A stretch of 64,000 nt of DNA from Eubacteriales bacterium (GTDB lineage Bacteria; Bacillota; Clostridia; Oscillospirales; CAG-272). Below, piece by piece: positions 9,907 to 20,326 of this stretch. The position numbers and the translations under genes were made by a program. Within the stretch, counting starts at the first letter, position 1, and the number at the start of each line of letters is the position of its first letter. The notes beneath the pieces were generated by a model. That model worked only from the letters and a program-made list of their open reading frames with translations, had not been told where the DNA came from and did not search any database. The stretch is from assembly GCA_045580325.1 (NCBI GenBank), contig JAZNNR010000017.1:5682-69681 (forward strand), given 5' to 3'.

Positions 9907-11349
9907 TTAAGCCTTAATAAGCTTCAGAACAAGTTTCCAGAAGCGTTCAAGACTTGCAAGGTCGAGGCGCTCATCGGGTGAATGAATATCATACACGTTA
10001 GGTCCGATTGCGATAGTATCGCAAGTGCCAAGACGTGAAATTATAGTTCCGCATTCAAGTCCTGCGTGGATAGCCGCCGTTTTCGGCTCGATTCCCGAAT
10101 CGGGGAAAAGGTCCTTAAAGGCTTCAACAAACTGCCCTGCAATTTCCGAATCTTTGCAGAAATCCCAAGACTCGTACATTCCGCTTATCTCACAAGGAGC
10201 GTCAAGCGCTTTTCCAAGGCGTGTGAGAACTCTAAGAAGAGCGTCGTGCTCCGAGCTGCAGGACGATCTTGTCTTTACCCAAACCTTGATCTCATTTTCG
10301 TCGCCCTCGACGACTCCGCAGTTGCACGAGGTGCGCACAAGTCCTTCGAAATCGCTCGACATAGCATACACTCCGTTTGGCGCAAGAGTCAGAAGATTTA
10401 TCACCTTGGACGTGTCCTTATACGTGAGCATTTTATCGCAAATTTTACCTTTGTCAAGGTAAATTTTAAGTCCGCTATCCTCAGCACAGACCTCATCTGC
10501 AAGCTCCTTGCGGATCATTTCAAGCTCGTTTTCGACCTCGTTTTTATCGAGCACAACGATTTCCGAGACGCACTCGCGCGCGATCGCGTTCTTCATGTTT
10601 CCGCCCTTTATCGAGGTAAGATTGAAGGGCGTTTTTTCATAAAGTTTTGCAAGAATTCTGCCCATTACGCGATTAGCGTTCATTCTACAGGTCGAAATAT
10701 CAGTTCCCGAATGTCCGCCCGCAAGTCCTGTAACGGTTATCTTTATCGGGCGCTCTGTGCATTTTACTCGGTCTGTCGAAACGGTAAAAGAGGCATCTGC
10801 ACCGCCCGCAGAGGAAACAACTGCGATTCCCTCGCCCTCCGAGTCCATATTTATCATTTTTCTTGCGCTAACGACAGAATAATCAAAGGCCTCCGCGCCG
10901 AGAAGAGAAGTTTCCTCGCTGACTGTGAAAAGACATTCGAGCATAGGCATATCCTCGTCAAGCTCAAGGAGCGCGAGCATCATCGCGACGGCAACTCCGT
11001 CATCTGCACCGAGTGTAGTGCCGTCCGCCGAGAGAAATCCGTCTTTTACACGGAGCTTCAAGGGGTCTTTGGTAAAATCGTGAACGGTCGATGCGTTTTT
11101 CTCGCAGACCATATCGGTATGTCCCTGCAGAAGCACCGCAGGAGAGTTTTCGTAGCCTTTTCCTGCGTTTCTGCGCACAAAAACGTTGTTTACTTCATCG
11201 CGAATACAGAAAAGGCCGAGCTTTTCAGCGTATGCGCAGATATAATCGGCTATTCCCTTTTCATTTCCCGAGCCGCGCGGAATCGCGCTTATCTCTTCAA
11301 AGATCTCAAAAAGTCTTTTAGGCTCATAGCCGTGTATAATATATTCCAT
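9907..11349 (-). CDS. pepD: aminoacyl-histidine dipeptidase (Xaa-His dipeptidase, M20 family)
   Basis: Start moved to MEYIIHGYEPKRLFEIFEEISAIPRGSGNE (11349). Contains LLQGHTDMVCEKN and GADDG motifs. Confidence 0.85.
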   Translation of the reverse strand: MEYIIHGYEPKRLFEIFEEISAIPRGSGNEKGIADYICAYAEKLGLFCIRDEVNNVFVRRNAGKGYENSPAVLLQGHTDMVCEKNASTVHDFTKDPLKLRVKDGFLSADGTTLGADDGVAVAMMLALLELDEDMPMLECLFTVSEETSLLGAEAFDYSVVSARKMINMDSEGEGIAVVSSAGGADASFTVSTDRVKCTERPIKITVTGLAGGHSGTDISTCRMNANRVMGRILAKLYEKTPFNLTSIKGGNMKNAIARECVSEIVVLDKNEVENELEMIRKELADEVCAEDSGLKIYLDKGKICDKMLTYKDTSKVINLLTLAPNGVYAMSSDFEGLVRTSCNCGVVEGDENEIKVWVKTRSSCSSEHDALLRVLTRLGKALDAPCEISGMYESWDFCKDSEIAGQFVEAFKDLFPDSGIEPKTAAIHAGLECGTIISRLGTCDTIAIGPNVYDIHSPDERLDLASLERFWKLVLKLIKA

Positions 11350-11419
11350 AAAGCTTACCAACCTTTCAAAAAGCAATACTTGTATATAATTATCCCGAGA
11401 TTTCGGGGAATTTTCAAAT

Positions 11420-12322
11420 TTAAAGTGAGGATATTCCGCAGCCCATAGCAATAAGCACTATTGACAGAACACCTGAGAGAAATCCTATTATTTTTCCGTT
11501 ATTTTTAAGCTTTCCGAAGACAGCACAGGCTCCTGCCACAGCAGGTATAGCGATACCGAGGAAGATCACTGAGAGTCCCGTAACCTGAACAGCTCCCATA
11601 GAATTTCCCAAAAGCTCGGACGCTGTCGCCGAAACGTTTGTCATAGCCATTACGAATGACACCTCGAAAAGTCTTATGACAAGCGCAAGAGAAAGACTGT
11701 CGCTCGCTTTTCGTACCGCAAAAGAGGCAACAGACATAACAAACACAGTCGCAAGCGCGTAAATATCAAGGCGAAGAAGCGATGCCATAATCGACATCAG
11801 GAGTGCTCTGACAAGCACATTTTTTATACCCTTGAAGCGCGAGTATATATACCCGTCAAAAAGAAGATTTTCAAACACCGCAAGGAGTACCACAAGTAAA
11901 ATAACAACGAACGTGCCGCCTTTTTCACCTACCACCGAATATATATTGAACGAAGTTACCGCAAGGTTCGGTGCTATCAGATGGGAAAAAAGTATGAGCG
12001 GCATCGAGATCATAAAAGCTGCCGCAAGAGTAAGCGCACAGCCTACTATCTCGCTTTTTTTCGGAGAGGTAAATTTACAAACCGACGAAAACTTAAGTCC
12101 CGTTATCTTTGTAAGCACTACCACAGCGCCTATCGACAGAGCCGCCGCAATATATAGCGCCCAAATACCGATGTAGTCTGTTCCCCATACGTATGCAAGT
12201 GCAAAAAGAACGAGAGATATTATATACGCGGTCATACCGTCAAGTATTTTAAGCTTACTCAGCTCTTTTTTCTCTAATTCACTTTTTTGTGTATCAGCTA
12301 TCTCTTTTTTCTTTTTCGCCAT
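11420..12322 (-). CDS. polytopic membrane protein, distant CPBP (CAAX-protease)-like with non-canonical motifs
   Basis: FENLLFDGYIYSRF resembles the EExxFR motif 1, but with E->N and R->D. I could not see the His motifs. The start is uncertain (ATG 12322 or TTG 12346). Confidence 0.45.
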   Translation of the reverse strand: MAKKKKEIADTQKSELEKKELSKLKILDGMTAYIISLVLFALAYVWGTDYIGIWALYIAAALSIGAVVVLTKITGLKFSSVCKFTSPKKSEIVGCALTLAAAFMISMPLILFSHLIAPNLAVTSFNIYSVVGEKGGTFVVILLVVLLAVFENLLFDGYIYSRFKGIKNVLVRALLMSIMASLLRLDIYALATVFVMSVASFAVRKASDSLSLALVIRLFEVSFVMAMTNVSATASELLGNSMGAVQVTGLSVIFLGIAIPAVAGACAVFGKLKNNGKIIGFLSGVLSIVLIAMGCGISSL

Positions 12323-12420
12323 TGTAAAACTGCGACCTTTCAGCAAAATTGTGAGGTATTACCTAATAATAAGTATAGGGGGTTACAGAAAAATGTAACC
12401 CCCTTTCAAACTTAATTAAA

Positions 12421-13116
12421 TTAACCGAGCTTGGAATAGTTAACCTTTACTCCGGGGCCCATTGTAGATGCAAGAACGCAACTCTTGATGTACTGACCCT
12501 TAGCTGCTGCGGGCTTAGCCTTGATGATCGCTCCGAGAAGAGTGTCGAAGTTTTCATTAAGCTTTTCAGCTCCGAAGGAAGCCTTACCGATAGGACAGTG
12601 GATAATGTTGGTCTTGTCAAGACGGTATTCGATCTTACCTGCCTTAGCTTCGCTTACTGCACGTGCAATATCCATTGTAACTGTACCGGACTTAGGGTTA
12701 GGCATAAGTCCCTTAGGACCGAGCACACGACCGAGACGACCGATAGCACCCATCATATTGGGAGTTGTAACGATAACGTCAAACTCGAACCAGTTTTCTT
12801 TCTGGATCTTTTCAATGTATTCGTCTGAACCTGCATAGTCAGCGCCTGCTGCCTTTGCCGTTTCTTCCATTTCAGGCTTAACGAGTGCGAGAACGCGAAC
12901 TGTCTTACCTGTTCCGTGAGGAAGAACAACAGCGCCTCTAACCTGCTGGTCTGCGTGACGGGAGTCAACGCCGAGACGAACGTGAACTTCTATTGTTTCA
13001 TCAAACTTAGCCTTAGCTGTCTGGCATACGAGATCAATAGCGTCTGCCTTGTCGTAAAGCTTAGCTCTTTCATACAGCTTTGCGCTGTCCTGATACTTTT
13101 TACCTTTTATAGCCAT
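12421..13116 (-). CDS. rplA: 50S ribosomal protein L1
   Basis: 231 aa with a typical L1 sequence ([14 protein letters not shown]..., [11 protein letters not shown]). Confidence 0.97.
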   Translation of the reverse strand: MAIKGKKYQDSAKLYERAKLYDKADAIDLVCQTAKAKFDETIEVHVRLGVDSRHADQQVRGAVVLPHGTGKTVRVLALVKPEMEETAKAAGADYAGSDEYIEKIQKENWFEFDVIVTTPNMMGAIGRLGRVLGPKGLMPNPKSGTVTMDIARAVSEAKAGKIEYRLDKTNIIHCPIGKASFGAEKLNENFDTLLGAIIKAKPAAAKGQYIKSCVLASTMGPGVKVNYSKLG

Positions 13117-13133
13117 CGTATATTTCCTCCTTC

Positions 13134-13559
13134 TCAGTCAACAACTACAACGCCCATGCTGCGCGCTGTTCCTGCTATCATGCTCATAGCAGCTTCTACC
13201 GATGCCGCGTTAAGGTCGGGCATCTTGAGCTCTGCGATCTCTCTGAGCTGTGCCTTGGTTATGTTGCCAACCTTTGTCTTGTTGGGAACGCCTGATCCCG
13301 ATTCAAGACCTACAGCCTTCTTGATAAGAACTGCTGCGGGCGGAGTCTTTGTGATGAATGTGAAAGTACGGTCTGCATATACTGTAATAACTACAGGAAT
13401 AATGAGACCTGCCTGTGCCTTTGTGCGCTCGTTGAATTCCTTTGTGAAGTTAGGAATAGAAACACTGTACTGACCGAGTGCGGGTCCAACGGGCGGACCG
13501 GGCATTGCCTTGCCGGCGGGAAGCTGAAGTTTAATGTAACCTGCTATTTTCTTTGCCAT
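13134..13559 (-). CDS. rplK: 50S ribosomal protein L11
   Basis: Start moved to [18 protein letters not shown] (13559) behind GGAGGTG. Contains PPVGPALGQ. Confidence 0.97.
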   Translation of the reverse strand: MAKKIAGYIKLQLPAGKAMPGPPVGPALGQYSVSIPNFTKEFNERTKAQAGLIIPVVITVYADRTFTFITKTPPAAVLIKKAVGLESGSGVPNKTKVGNITKAQLREIAELKMPDLNAASVEAAMSMIAGTARSMGVVVVD

Positions 13560-13690
13560 AGTAATAACACCTCCGATGTGGTTATACGACGGAAGAATGA
13601 GAAAAAATTTTCTTCCTCCCACATTTTGCGCCACGAACTTTTTGTCCGACTCTGCGCTGCAAATTATTATTTTGTTTTTTAGCTTTTAAT

Positions 13691-14260
13691 TTAGAATGTT
13701 AAAAGCTCAAGAGAATCGGCATCTATTTCTGCTGCCGTTTCACGTCCGAACATATTAAGCATAACCATAATACGTGTTCTGTCGTCAGATATCGAGCTTA
13801 CAGTTCCGATAAAGCCGCTGAATGAGCCGCCTGTTACCTTTACGCTGTCGCCTACGTTGTAAGGAAGCTCCTTAACGAAGTGAGCGCTTACGGTTTCAGA
13901 CACTTCAATACCCATTGAAGCAACCTCTTCGTTTGAAAGGGGAACCGGTTTCGATCCGGGACCGACGAATCCTGTAACACCGTTTATGTTGCGTACGACG
14001 TGCCAAGTAAGATCTGTCATTATCATTTTAACGAGAACGTAGCAAGGATATATCTTTACTTCGACTTCTTTTGTCGTTTCACCGTCGTTTTCAATTACCT
14101 TTTCAACAGGAATGCAAATATCTGTTATCATTTCCTGAAGTCCACGGTTTTCGACTATTTTTTCGAGATTGCTTTTTACCTTATTTTCATATCCCGAATA
14201 CGTGTGGATGACATACCATCTCATCTCACTGAGTTCATCAATATATCCGCTTTCTGCCAT
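13691..14260 (-). CDS. nusG: transcription termination/antitermination protein NusG
   Basis: Start at MAESG... (14260). Contains WYVIHTYSGYENKV and a C-terminal KOW region (GDSVKVTGGSFSGFIGTV). Confidence 0.95.
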   Translation of the reverse strand: MAESGYIDELSEMRWYVIHTYSGYENKVKSNLEKIVENRGLQEMITDICIPVEKVIENDGETTKEVEVKIYPCYVLVKMIMTDLTWHVVRNINGVTGFVGPGSKPVPLSNEEVASMGIEVSETVSAHFVKELPYNVGDSVKVTGGSFSGFIGTVSSISDDRTRIMVMLNMFGRETAAEIDADSLELLTF

Positions 14261-14388
14261 AATGTATGATTCACTTACCCTTTTCTCCGACGTATTTTGT
14301 TTCCGAGCATACAATCACTGCGCTCGCGGCACGTCTTGCGCAGCGTCGGTCTGCACAGACGATCCTTATAGATTATCGGCTCTGCTTA

Positions 14389-14712
14389 TCAGAGAAGCTC
14401 GGGAATCTTAGACACAAGGTCTACTCCCTGACCGAGAAGCCAGTCTACTCCACCGATAATAGCGGCAATAACGACCATAGTTACGAGAACTGCAAGTGTT
14501 GACTGAACACTTACCTTTCCGCCGTACCATGTGATCTTTTTTCTCTCAGCTATTACGCTGCGGAAAAATCCTGCCGAATTTGCTTTCCTTGCCTTCTTTT
14601 CAGCCTTAACCTTAGCCTTTTCCGCTTTTTTGAGTTCTTTTTCTCTCTTGGCAGCGGCTGCCTTTTTTGACTTTTCGGCGGTTGCGGCGTCTTTTTTGTT
14701 CATGTCTGCCAT
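14389..14712 (-). CDS. secE: preprotein translocase subunit SecE (Lys/Ala-rich N-terminal extension)
   Basis: Single C-terminal TM helix, ITWYGGKVSVQSTLAVLVTMVVIAAIIGGVD. Canonical position between rpmG and nusG, with a GGAGG RBS. Confidence 0.85.
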   Translation of the reverse strand: MADMNKKDAATAEKSKKAAAAKREKELKKAEKAKVKAEKKARKANSAGFFRSVIAERKKITWYGGKVSVQSTLAVLVTMVVIAAIIGGVDWLLGQGVDLVSKIPELL

Positions 14713-14721
14713 AATAACCTC

Positions 14722-14871
14722 CTACTTAGATTCCTTATGCAAAGTGTGCTTTCTGCAGAAGCGGCAATACTTATTCATTTCGAGTCTGTCCGGGTCATTC
14801 TTCTTGTTCTTCATAGTATTGTAGTTTCTCTGCTTGCATTCACTGCATACTAATGTGATTTTTACTCTCAA
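14722..14871 (-). CDS. rpmG: 50S ribosomal protein L33
   Basis: TTG start at 14871, 5 nt after GGAGGTG, gives (M)[48 protein letters not shown] (49 aa). The ORF-track start at 14904 has no RBS. Confidence 0.9.
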   Translation of the reverse strand: MRVKITLVCSECKQRNYNTMKNKKNDPDRLEMNKYCRFCRKHTLHKESK

Positions 14872-15041
14872 GTCGGCACCTCCTAATTGATTTTGAGCCC
14901 GCAAGCGCCGATCCGCTTATCGACGTAAGAGCTCATAGATTTTACCTCCCTCAAACGGAGCTTAATAGACCTCGCGTGTGCATCCCGGAAAAGCACAATT
15001 TTATGCGCAAAAAACCAAGCCCTCTCCGCAGAGGTACATCG

Positions 15042-15070
15042 AGTTTACCACATTTCGATCGATTTGTCAA
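15042..15070 (-). promoter_or_regulatory. sigma-A-type promoter for the rpmG-secE-nusG-rplKA cluster
   Basis: On the minus strand: TTGACA (rc of 15065-15070), 17 nt, TAAACT (rc of 15042-15047). Confidence 0.5.
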
Positions 15071-15224
15071 GAGATTTTTTCGATTTTTTTATCTTTTTTG
15101 CAAATTTTGAGTGTTTTTCACTTTATTTTCCTGTTTAACGCTCGGCAGTCGCGTTTATATACACCCACAGCTCAAAGTATCTTCAATTTTATTTAATATT
15201 TAATCAATATTTTTCAAAATTCTG

Positions 15225-15253
15225 TTGACACGGCGGTTATAATATTATATAAT
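15225..15253 (+). promoter_or_regulatory. consensus sigma-A promoter for the 15298/cdaA operon
   Basis: TTGACA (15225-15230), 17 nt, TATAAT (15248-15253). Confidence 0.65.
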
Positions 15254-15297
15254 GTTATTTATAGAAGTATTGCAAATACGAGAGGAGATGATTTTTT

Positions 15298-15819
15298 ATG
15301 CCTTGGACGCTGATAATCCCGTCCGCTGTGCTTATGGTAGGCTGTCTGACCGTAGTCATTTTTTCAAAGCGCGAAAGCTACCGACTTTTACTGAAAAATA
15401 CTGCCGAATCTGCAGAAACTATAGCCGCCCTGACACGCAAGCACATAGATATATACGAGCGTCTTTACGGACTCATCTTCTTTTTTGCAAACGATCTCTC
15501 TGTTGAAAAGCAAAAATTTGCCGTTGAAGAGACCTGTAATATGCAGGAGCTTTTCGATCTTAATATCATTATCGACCTTGAAATATCCGTTCTTATGGAG
15601 AAGGCAAATTCAAGCGAAAAGCTATTCGCAGAGCGCTCGGTATCACTTAAAAATCTCACAGAGGAGCTTGAAGAATACGAAAAGAATTATGCTCCCGCGA
15701 TAATGCTCTTTAACGAACGTGTAAGCGAGGTGCAGAAGAAAACGCGAAGCACTCTGTCAAAAAAGATTTTAAGCGGCGTAGGAATATGCTCGCACTCGCC
15801 TATCGTATTCCCTAACTAA
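15298..15819 (+). CDS. N-terminally membrane-anchored coiled-coil protein, function unknown (weak LemA-like feel)
   Basis: 173 aa with one N-terminal TM helix, first gene downstream of the consensus promoter. No firm family assignment. Confidence 0.5.
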   Translation: MPWTLIIPSAVLMVGCLTVVIFSKRESYRLLLKNTAESAETIAALTRKHIDIYERLYGLIFFFANDLSVEKQKFAVEETCNMQELFDLNIIIDLEISVLMEKANSSEKLFAERSVSLKNLTEELEEYEKNYAPAIMLFNERVSEVQKKTRSTLSKKILSGVGICSHSPIVFPN

Positions 15820-15849
15820 ACCACAAACCACGATAATCGGAGAACCAAT

Positions 15850-16695
15850 ATGAAAGAGTTTTTTAGTTCATATTTACAGATAATAAAAGCAATGGAAATA
15901 AAAGATTTCTTTGACATTGCCATAGTAACCGTGATTCTCTACGTCGCAATCGACTTTCTCAGGGAACGAAGAGCGGGAAAGCTTGCTGTCGGTGTAGGAA
16001 TACTCGTCGTATTCCAGTTCATTTGCAATCTCTTTAACCTCACCGCAGTTACATTTCTTCTTGAAAATCTCTTCCAATTCGGATTTATCGCTCTTTTCAT
16101 TGTCTTCCAGCCCGAGCTGAGAAGTGCTCTTGAAAAGGTGGGCGGAGAGCCTATGAAAGGTATCCGAAACATTACCGATGCGAGAAATCAGACTATGCTG
16201 ACCGAAGCGATCAAAGAGATATGCGACGCCGCTCTCAAGATGTCCGAGGATAAGACGGGTGCGCTTGTAGTCATAGAGCGTTCGACCAAGCTCGGTGAGC
16301 ATATAAAGAGCGGAACGGTGATTGACGCAGAGCTTTCCGACTATGCTATCAGAAACATATTTTTCAAGGGAGCTCCCCTTCACGACGGCGCAGTTATTAT
16401 AAGAGACGGACGTCTTTACGCTGCAGGCTGCTTCCTTCCCCTTTCGCAGCGCGATGACATAGTAAAGGATCTCGGTTCAAGACACCGCGCGGCACTCGGC
16501 ATCAGCGAAAACAGCGATGCACTTGTAATTATAGTAAGCGAGGAAACAGGCACTATCTCTACTGCACTCGAAGGAAATCTTAAGCGCGGATATGATTACG
16601 CTTCGCTTAAAAACGAGCTCAACCGCATACTTATTCATTCTTCTTCGGACGAAGGCACAAAAACCAAAACAAGAAAATCTTTACGTAACAGATAA
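15850..16695 (+). CDS. cdaA: diadenylate cyclase CdaA (c-di-AMP synthase)
   Basis: Three N-terminal TM helices plus a DAC domain: DGAVIIRDGRLYAAGCFLPLS, GSRHRAALGISENSDALVIIVSEETGTIS. Confidence 0.92.
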   Translation: MKEFFSSYLQIIKAMEIKDFFDIAIVTVILYVAIDFLRERRAGKLAVGVGILVVFQFICNLFNLTAVTFLLENLFQFGFIALFIVFQPELRSALEKVGGEPMKGIRNITDARNQTMLTEAIKEICDAALKMSEDKTGALVVIERSTKLGEHIKSGTVIDAELSDYAIRNIFFKGAPLHDGAVIIRDGRLYAAGCFLPLSQRDDIVKDLGSRHRAALGISENSDALVIIVSEETGTISTALEGNLKRGYDYASLKNELNRILIHSSSDEGTKTKTRKSLRNR

Positions 16696-16727
16696 AACTC
16701 GAATATCGTAAAAATCGACGTTCGGAG

Positions 16728-18038
16728 GTGGCACATTTGAAATTCTCAGTTAAATCTCATAAAAAAAGCAGGCGCTTGATACTCTGGTGCATTTCTTTCG
16801 TTCTTGCATTTGTCCTCTGGCTTTACGCCGCAGGCGCAAACGAAAAGGCGGTAGAGCAGTCATACGATCTTATTCCTATAACATATGACAGTACGTCCAT
16901 AAAGCCATACAATCTCGTGGTTCAGTCTATAAGCATAGACAAGGTGAACGTTACCATTATGGGAAGCTCGAGAGATCTCAAAAACGTAAGCGTTTCGGAT
17001 ATTTCGGCAAAGGTTTCCCTTAGCTCTATAACAAAGCCGGGCGAATATAAACTCTCGGTTATGATAACGACTCCCGACAACACCACACTTACCTCACAGA
17101 CTATCGAAACGGTAGTAGTAAAGGTCGACAGTCCGAGCGAAGAAAGTTTTCCTATAAGCTCGGATTCGATAGAGCTCGTCGGCTGGTCGCTCGACTCGGG
17201 CTGCTATTTCGGCACTCCCGGTGTAAACGCCACAAAGGTTACGGTGTACGGCCCTACACTTGAAATAGACACAATAGACAAAGTTAAGATAAGAACGGCA
17301 AATATCGGAAAAGCATCTGACAAAATGATGGTCGCTGCCGAGGTAGTGCTTCTTGACAAATACGGAGACAAAATAAACAGTCCAAACCTGAACGTTACCA
17401 TAAACGCAGACGTACTTACGGTAAGGCTTTCAGTGTATATGAAGAAAACAGTGCCCTTAACGGTAAACTGTAAGCACGGATATTTCGGGGCTGAAAATAT
17501 TTCTGTTTCTCCTTCCGAAGTGATAATAATAGGTTCTCCCGACGCGGTAAAGGCTGTATCTTCGATAAATCTTGCCGAGATCGATGAAACAAAAGAGCTT
17601 ACCGACCGCACGTTCACGGCAGATATTTTAAAGCCTTCAGGAATTGACAAGATAACCACCGCAGAGGGCGAGGATATAACAAGTGCCGAGGTGAGCATAA
17701 AGGTTTCGGAGATCAAGGAGCTTACAGTTTCTCTTCTTCCCGAAAACATAATCGTATATTCTTCCGATTCCAAGGTCGCTTTGACGGGAGCAGAAATCAC
17801 AGTACGCCTTTCAAGCAAGGCAGATGGGGATGTTTTCAGATACATCACCCCGTCGGATATAATAGCTTCGGTAAACGCATCTTCGTCAAATGAAGGAGAT
17901 ACCCTTCCCCTTGTACTCACCGTTTCCGAAAAGTTCAGGGACTCTGTTTACATACTTGCGCTTGACTATACGGTAACGGTCGGAAAAGAGAAACAGTCAA
18001 GCACTCCGCTCGATAATCTCACAAACGAGCCTATATAA
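16728..18038 (+). CDS. cdaR: CdaR (YbbR-domain) regulator of CdaA
   Basis: Signal-anchor plus repeated YbbR-like beta modules, immediately after cdaA. The start may instead be TTG at 16737, 7 nt after GGAGG. Confidence 0.8.
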   Translation: MAHLKFSVKSHKKSRRLILWCISFVLAFVLWLYAAGANEKAVEQSYDLIPITYDSTSIKPYNLVVQSISIDKVNVTIMGSSRDLKNVSVSDISAKVSLSSITKPGEYKLSVMITTPDNTTLTSQTIETVVVKVDSPSEESFPISSDSIELVGWSLDSGCYFGTPGVNATKVTVYGPTLEIDTIDKVKIRTANIGKASDKMMVAAEVVLLDKYGDKINSPNLNVTINADVLTVRLSVYMKKTVPLTVNCKHGYFGAENISVSPSEVIIIGSPDAVKAVSSINLAEIDETKELTDRTFTADILKPSGIDKITTAEGEDITSAEVSIKVSEIKELTVSLLPENIIVYSSDSKVALTGAEITVRLSSKADGDVFRYITPSDIIASVNASSSNEGDTLPLVLTVSEKFRDSVYILALDYTVTVGKEKQSSTPLDNLTNEPI

Positions 18039-18056
18039 ATCAAATTCAGTTTCTTC

Positions 18057-18091
18057 AAAAGACGCCCGTAAATTCGGTATGGGCGTCTTTT
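18057..18091 (+). terminator. rho-independent terminator after cdaR
   Basis: AAAAGACGCCC-N13-GGGCGTCTTTT. Confidence 0.7.
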
Positions 18092-18133
18092 ACAAATAGC
18101 AAACCTACCACCTATGTACTACACGGAGGATAA

Positions 18134-20272
18134 ATGTCAAATACAAACGAAAATATAAAATCTACCGAAAAAAAGTGGGAGCTCCGCTCCGAAAAAACAG
18201 TTGAGGACCCCGATATAAAGAATATTGCCGAAGCGCTCGGTGTATCTGTGCTGACCGCGCTTCTTATATATAACAGAGGTCAGAACACCCCCGAAAAAGC
18301 AAAGGCTTTTATCTCTGCAAATTCGGGCACGTACTACGACCCCTTCTGTATGCCCGATATGGAAAAAGCGGTGGACAGAATACTCAGAGCGGTAGAAAAC
18401 AAAGAAAAGACGGTAATATACGGCGACTACGACGTTGACGGCGTAACCTCTGTGAGCATACTTCATATGTATCTTACCGAGCTTGGTCTTTCGCCCGAAT
18501 ATTATATTCCGAGCAGACGTACCGAGGGCTACGGTGTAAACAACGAGGCTATAAAGCAGTTCGCCGAGAGAAACATCACCCTTATGATAACGGTCGATAC
18601 GGGTGTTACCGCTCTTGATGAGGTGAAATTCGCTTCCTCGCTCGGTATAGACTGTGTGATCACAGACCACCACGAATGTCTTGCAGAGCTTCCCGAGGCT
18701 CTCGCTATTGTAAACCCAAGACGTACCGACAGCAGATACCCCTTCTGCGAGCTTGCGGGAGTCGGCGTAGTTTACAAGCTTCTGTGCGCGATAGAAGAAA
18801 GACTTGTCGGAAACTCGGACAAGGTAAAGAAATATATCGACCTTGTGGCGATCGGCACGATAGCCGACGTAATGCCCCTTGTTGACGAAAACAGACTTCT
18901 CGTTACCGAGGGACTTGATATGCTAAATAAAACGCCCCGTATGGGAATTTCCTCTCTTATCAGAGCGGCAAGTCAAAACGACAAAAAGAACAAGCCTTCG
19001 CAAAATATAACCTCGTCTATGATAAGCTTTACCATAGCGCCGAGAATAAACGCTGCAGGACGTATTGAAAGCGCAGAAAAAGCGGTAAAGCTCTTCCTTG
19101 GACGCTCGGAGCGCGACGCCGATGTTATGGCAGAGGAGCTTTGCGAAATAAACCGCCGCCGTCAAGCCGAGGAAAACCGTATAATCGAGGAAGCCTCTAA
19201 AAAAATAAAGGAAAGCTTCGATTTCGAAAACGACCGTGTTATCGTCCTTGCCGAAGAAAATTGGCATCACGGCGTTATCGGAATAGTTGCTTCGAGAATA
19301 ACCGAACGCTTTGCGATCCCGTCGATACTTATATCCTTTGATGAAAACAACGTCGGAAAAGGCTCGGGCCGAAGCGTTAAGGGAGTAAACCTCGTCGACG
19401 CTCTTACATATTGCAGCGACCTTCTCATAAAATACGGTGGGCACGAGCTTGCCGCAGGTCTTACCGTTGACAGAGAGCATTTTGACGCGTTTAAAGAGAG
19501 AATAAATCAGTTTGTACGCGAAAACGTGAGCGAAAAATCTCAGTCGATAGTTATCGAGGCGGACGCCTATATCAGACCTGAGGACGTAAATCTTGAACAG
19601 GCAAAGGAGCTTTTCCTGCTCGAGCCATACGGGGTTGCAAATCCGAGTCCGACGTTCTTTATGAACTCTCTTAAAGTGCACGACATAGTTTCTCTTGCCG
19701 AAAAGCACACGAAATTCATTCTCGAAAAGGACGGTTTGCAGCTTACCGCGCTCTATTTCGGTCATTCGCGCGCCTGCCTTCCCATATACAAAGGGGACAC
19801 GCTTGACGTTGCTTTCACTATGGGAATAAACGAGTTCAGAGGTGTAACCGACGTACAGATAATTTTGAAAGACCTTAAAAGACAGGCACTCGGATACGAG
19901 ATCACTGAGGAAAGCAGACAGAAGTACCAAAGCGTTATGGCAGGCATCCCCTATCACCGCGCAGACAATGATATTCTTCCGTCAAGAGAGGATTTCGCAC
20001 AGGTGTATCTCTATTTAAAACGCCGTCCCGGTCAGTACCGCGACGACTGCACGGGTATGCGCGAGATAATAAACGCATCGGGCGGAAAGATAAATTACTG
20101 TAAGCTGAGAATAATCCTCGACGTGCTTGAAGAAACAGGGCTTATAAACATAACATATCTGCCCGAATGCGACGAAAACTTCCACTATGGAGTAAACTTC
20201 GTTAAAAACAAGATAGATATAGAAAAATCCTCGCTTTACGTGAAAATACGCTCACTTGCAGAAAAGCAGTAA
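18134..20272 (+). CDS. recJ: single-stranded-DNA-specific exonuclease RecJ
   Basis: 712 aa with DHH/DHHA1 motifs (YGDYDVDGVTS, DTGV, ITDHH, GGHELAAG). Confidence 0.93.
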   Translation: MSNTNENIKSTEKKWELRSEKTVEDPDIKNIAEALGVSVLTALLIYNRGQNTPEKAKAFISANSGTYYDPFCMPDMEKAVDRILRAVENKEKTVIYGDYDVDGVTSVSILHMYLTELGLSPEYYIPSRRTEGYGVNNEAIKQFAERNITLMITVDTGVTALDEVKFASSLGIDCVITDHHECLAELPEALAIVNPRRTDSRYPFCELAGVGVVYKLLCAIEERLVGNSDKVKKYIDLVAIGTIADVMPLVDENRLLVTEGLDMLNKTPRMGISSLIRAASQNDKKNKPSQNITSSMISFTIAPRINAAGRIESAEKAVKLFLGRSERDADVMAEELCEINRRRQAEENRIIEEASKKIKESFDFENDRVIVLAEENWHHGVIGIVASRITERFAIPSILISFDENNVGKGSGRSVKGVNLVDALTYCSDLLIKYGGHELAAGLTVDREHFDAFKERINQFVRENVSEKSQSIVIEADAYIRPEDVNLEQAKELFLLEPYGVANPSPTFFMNSLKVHDIVSLAEKHTKFILEKDGLQLTALYFGHSRACLPIYKGDTLDVAFTMGINEFRGVTDVQIILKDLKRQALGYEITEESRQKYQSVMAGIPYHRADNDILPSREDFAQVYLYLKRRPGQYRDDCTGMREIINASGGKINYCKLRIILDVLEETGLINITYLPECDENFHYGVNFVKNKIDIEKSSLYVKIRSLAEKQ

Positions 20273-20326
20273 TATTTTCTCGAAAAGCATCATAAAGAAT
20301 CCCCTTTCGAAAGGAAAATCTGTATT

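Noticed and set aside
10066-11448. Long antisense ORFs opposite well-supported genes: 10066..11448 (+) versus pepD, 28709..30313 (-) versus guaA, 18923..19957 (-) versus recJ, 58874..59758 (+) versus rfbB, 53668..54495 (+) versus glyA, 1377..2219 (+) versus manA, 40409..41275 and 41432..42244 (+) versus the 857-aa gene
   Set aside because: The opposite-strand genes have unmistakable family signatures. The antisense products are Arg/Cys/Ser-rich, low-complexity, lack an RBS and resemble nothing I recognise. They look like shadow ORFs.
13560-13690. Hairpin GGAAGAA-N12-TTCTTCC in the nusG-rplK spacer as an L1/L11 autoregulatory leader
   Set aside because: This is plausible by analogy with E. 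coli L1 feedback, but I cannot align it to the 23S L1-stalk mimic from memory, so it is not claimed.
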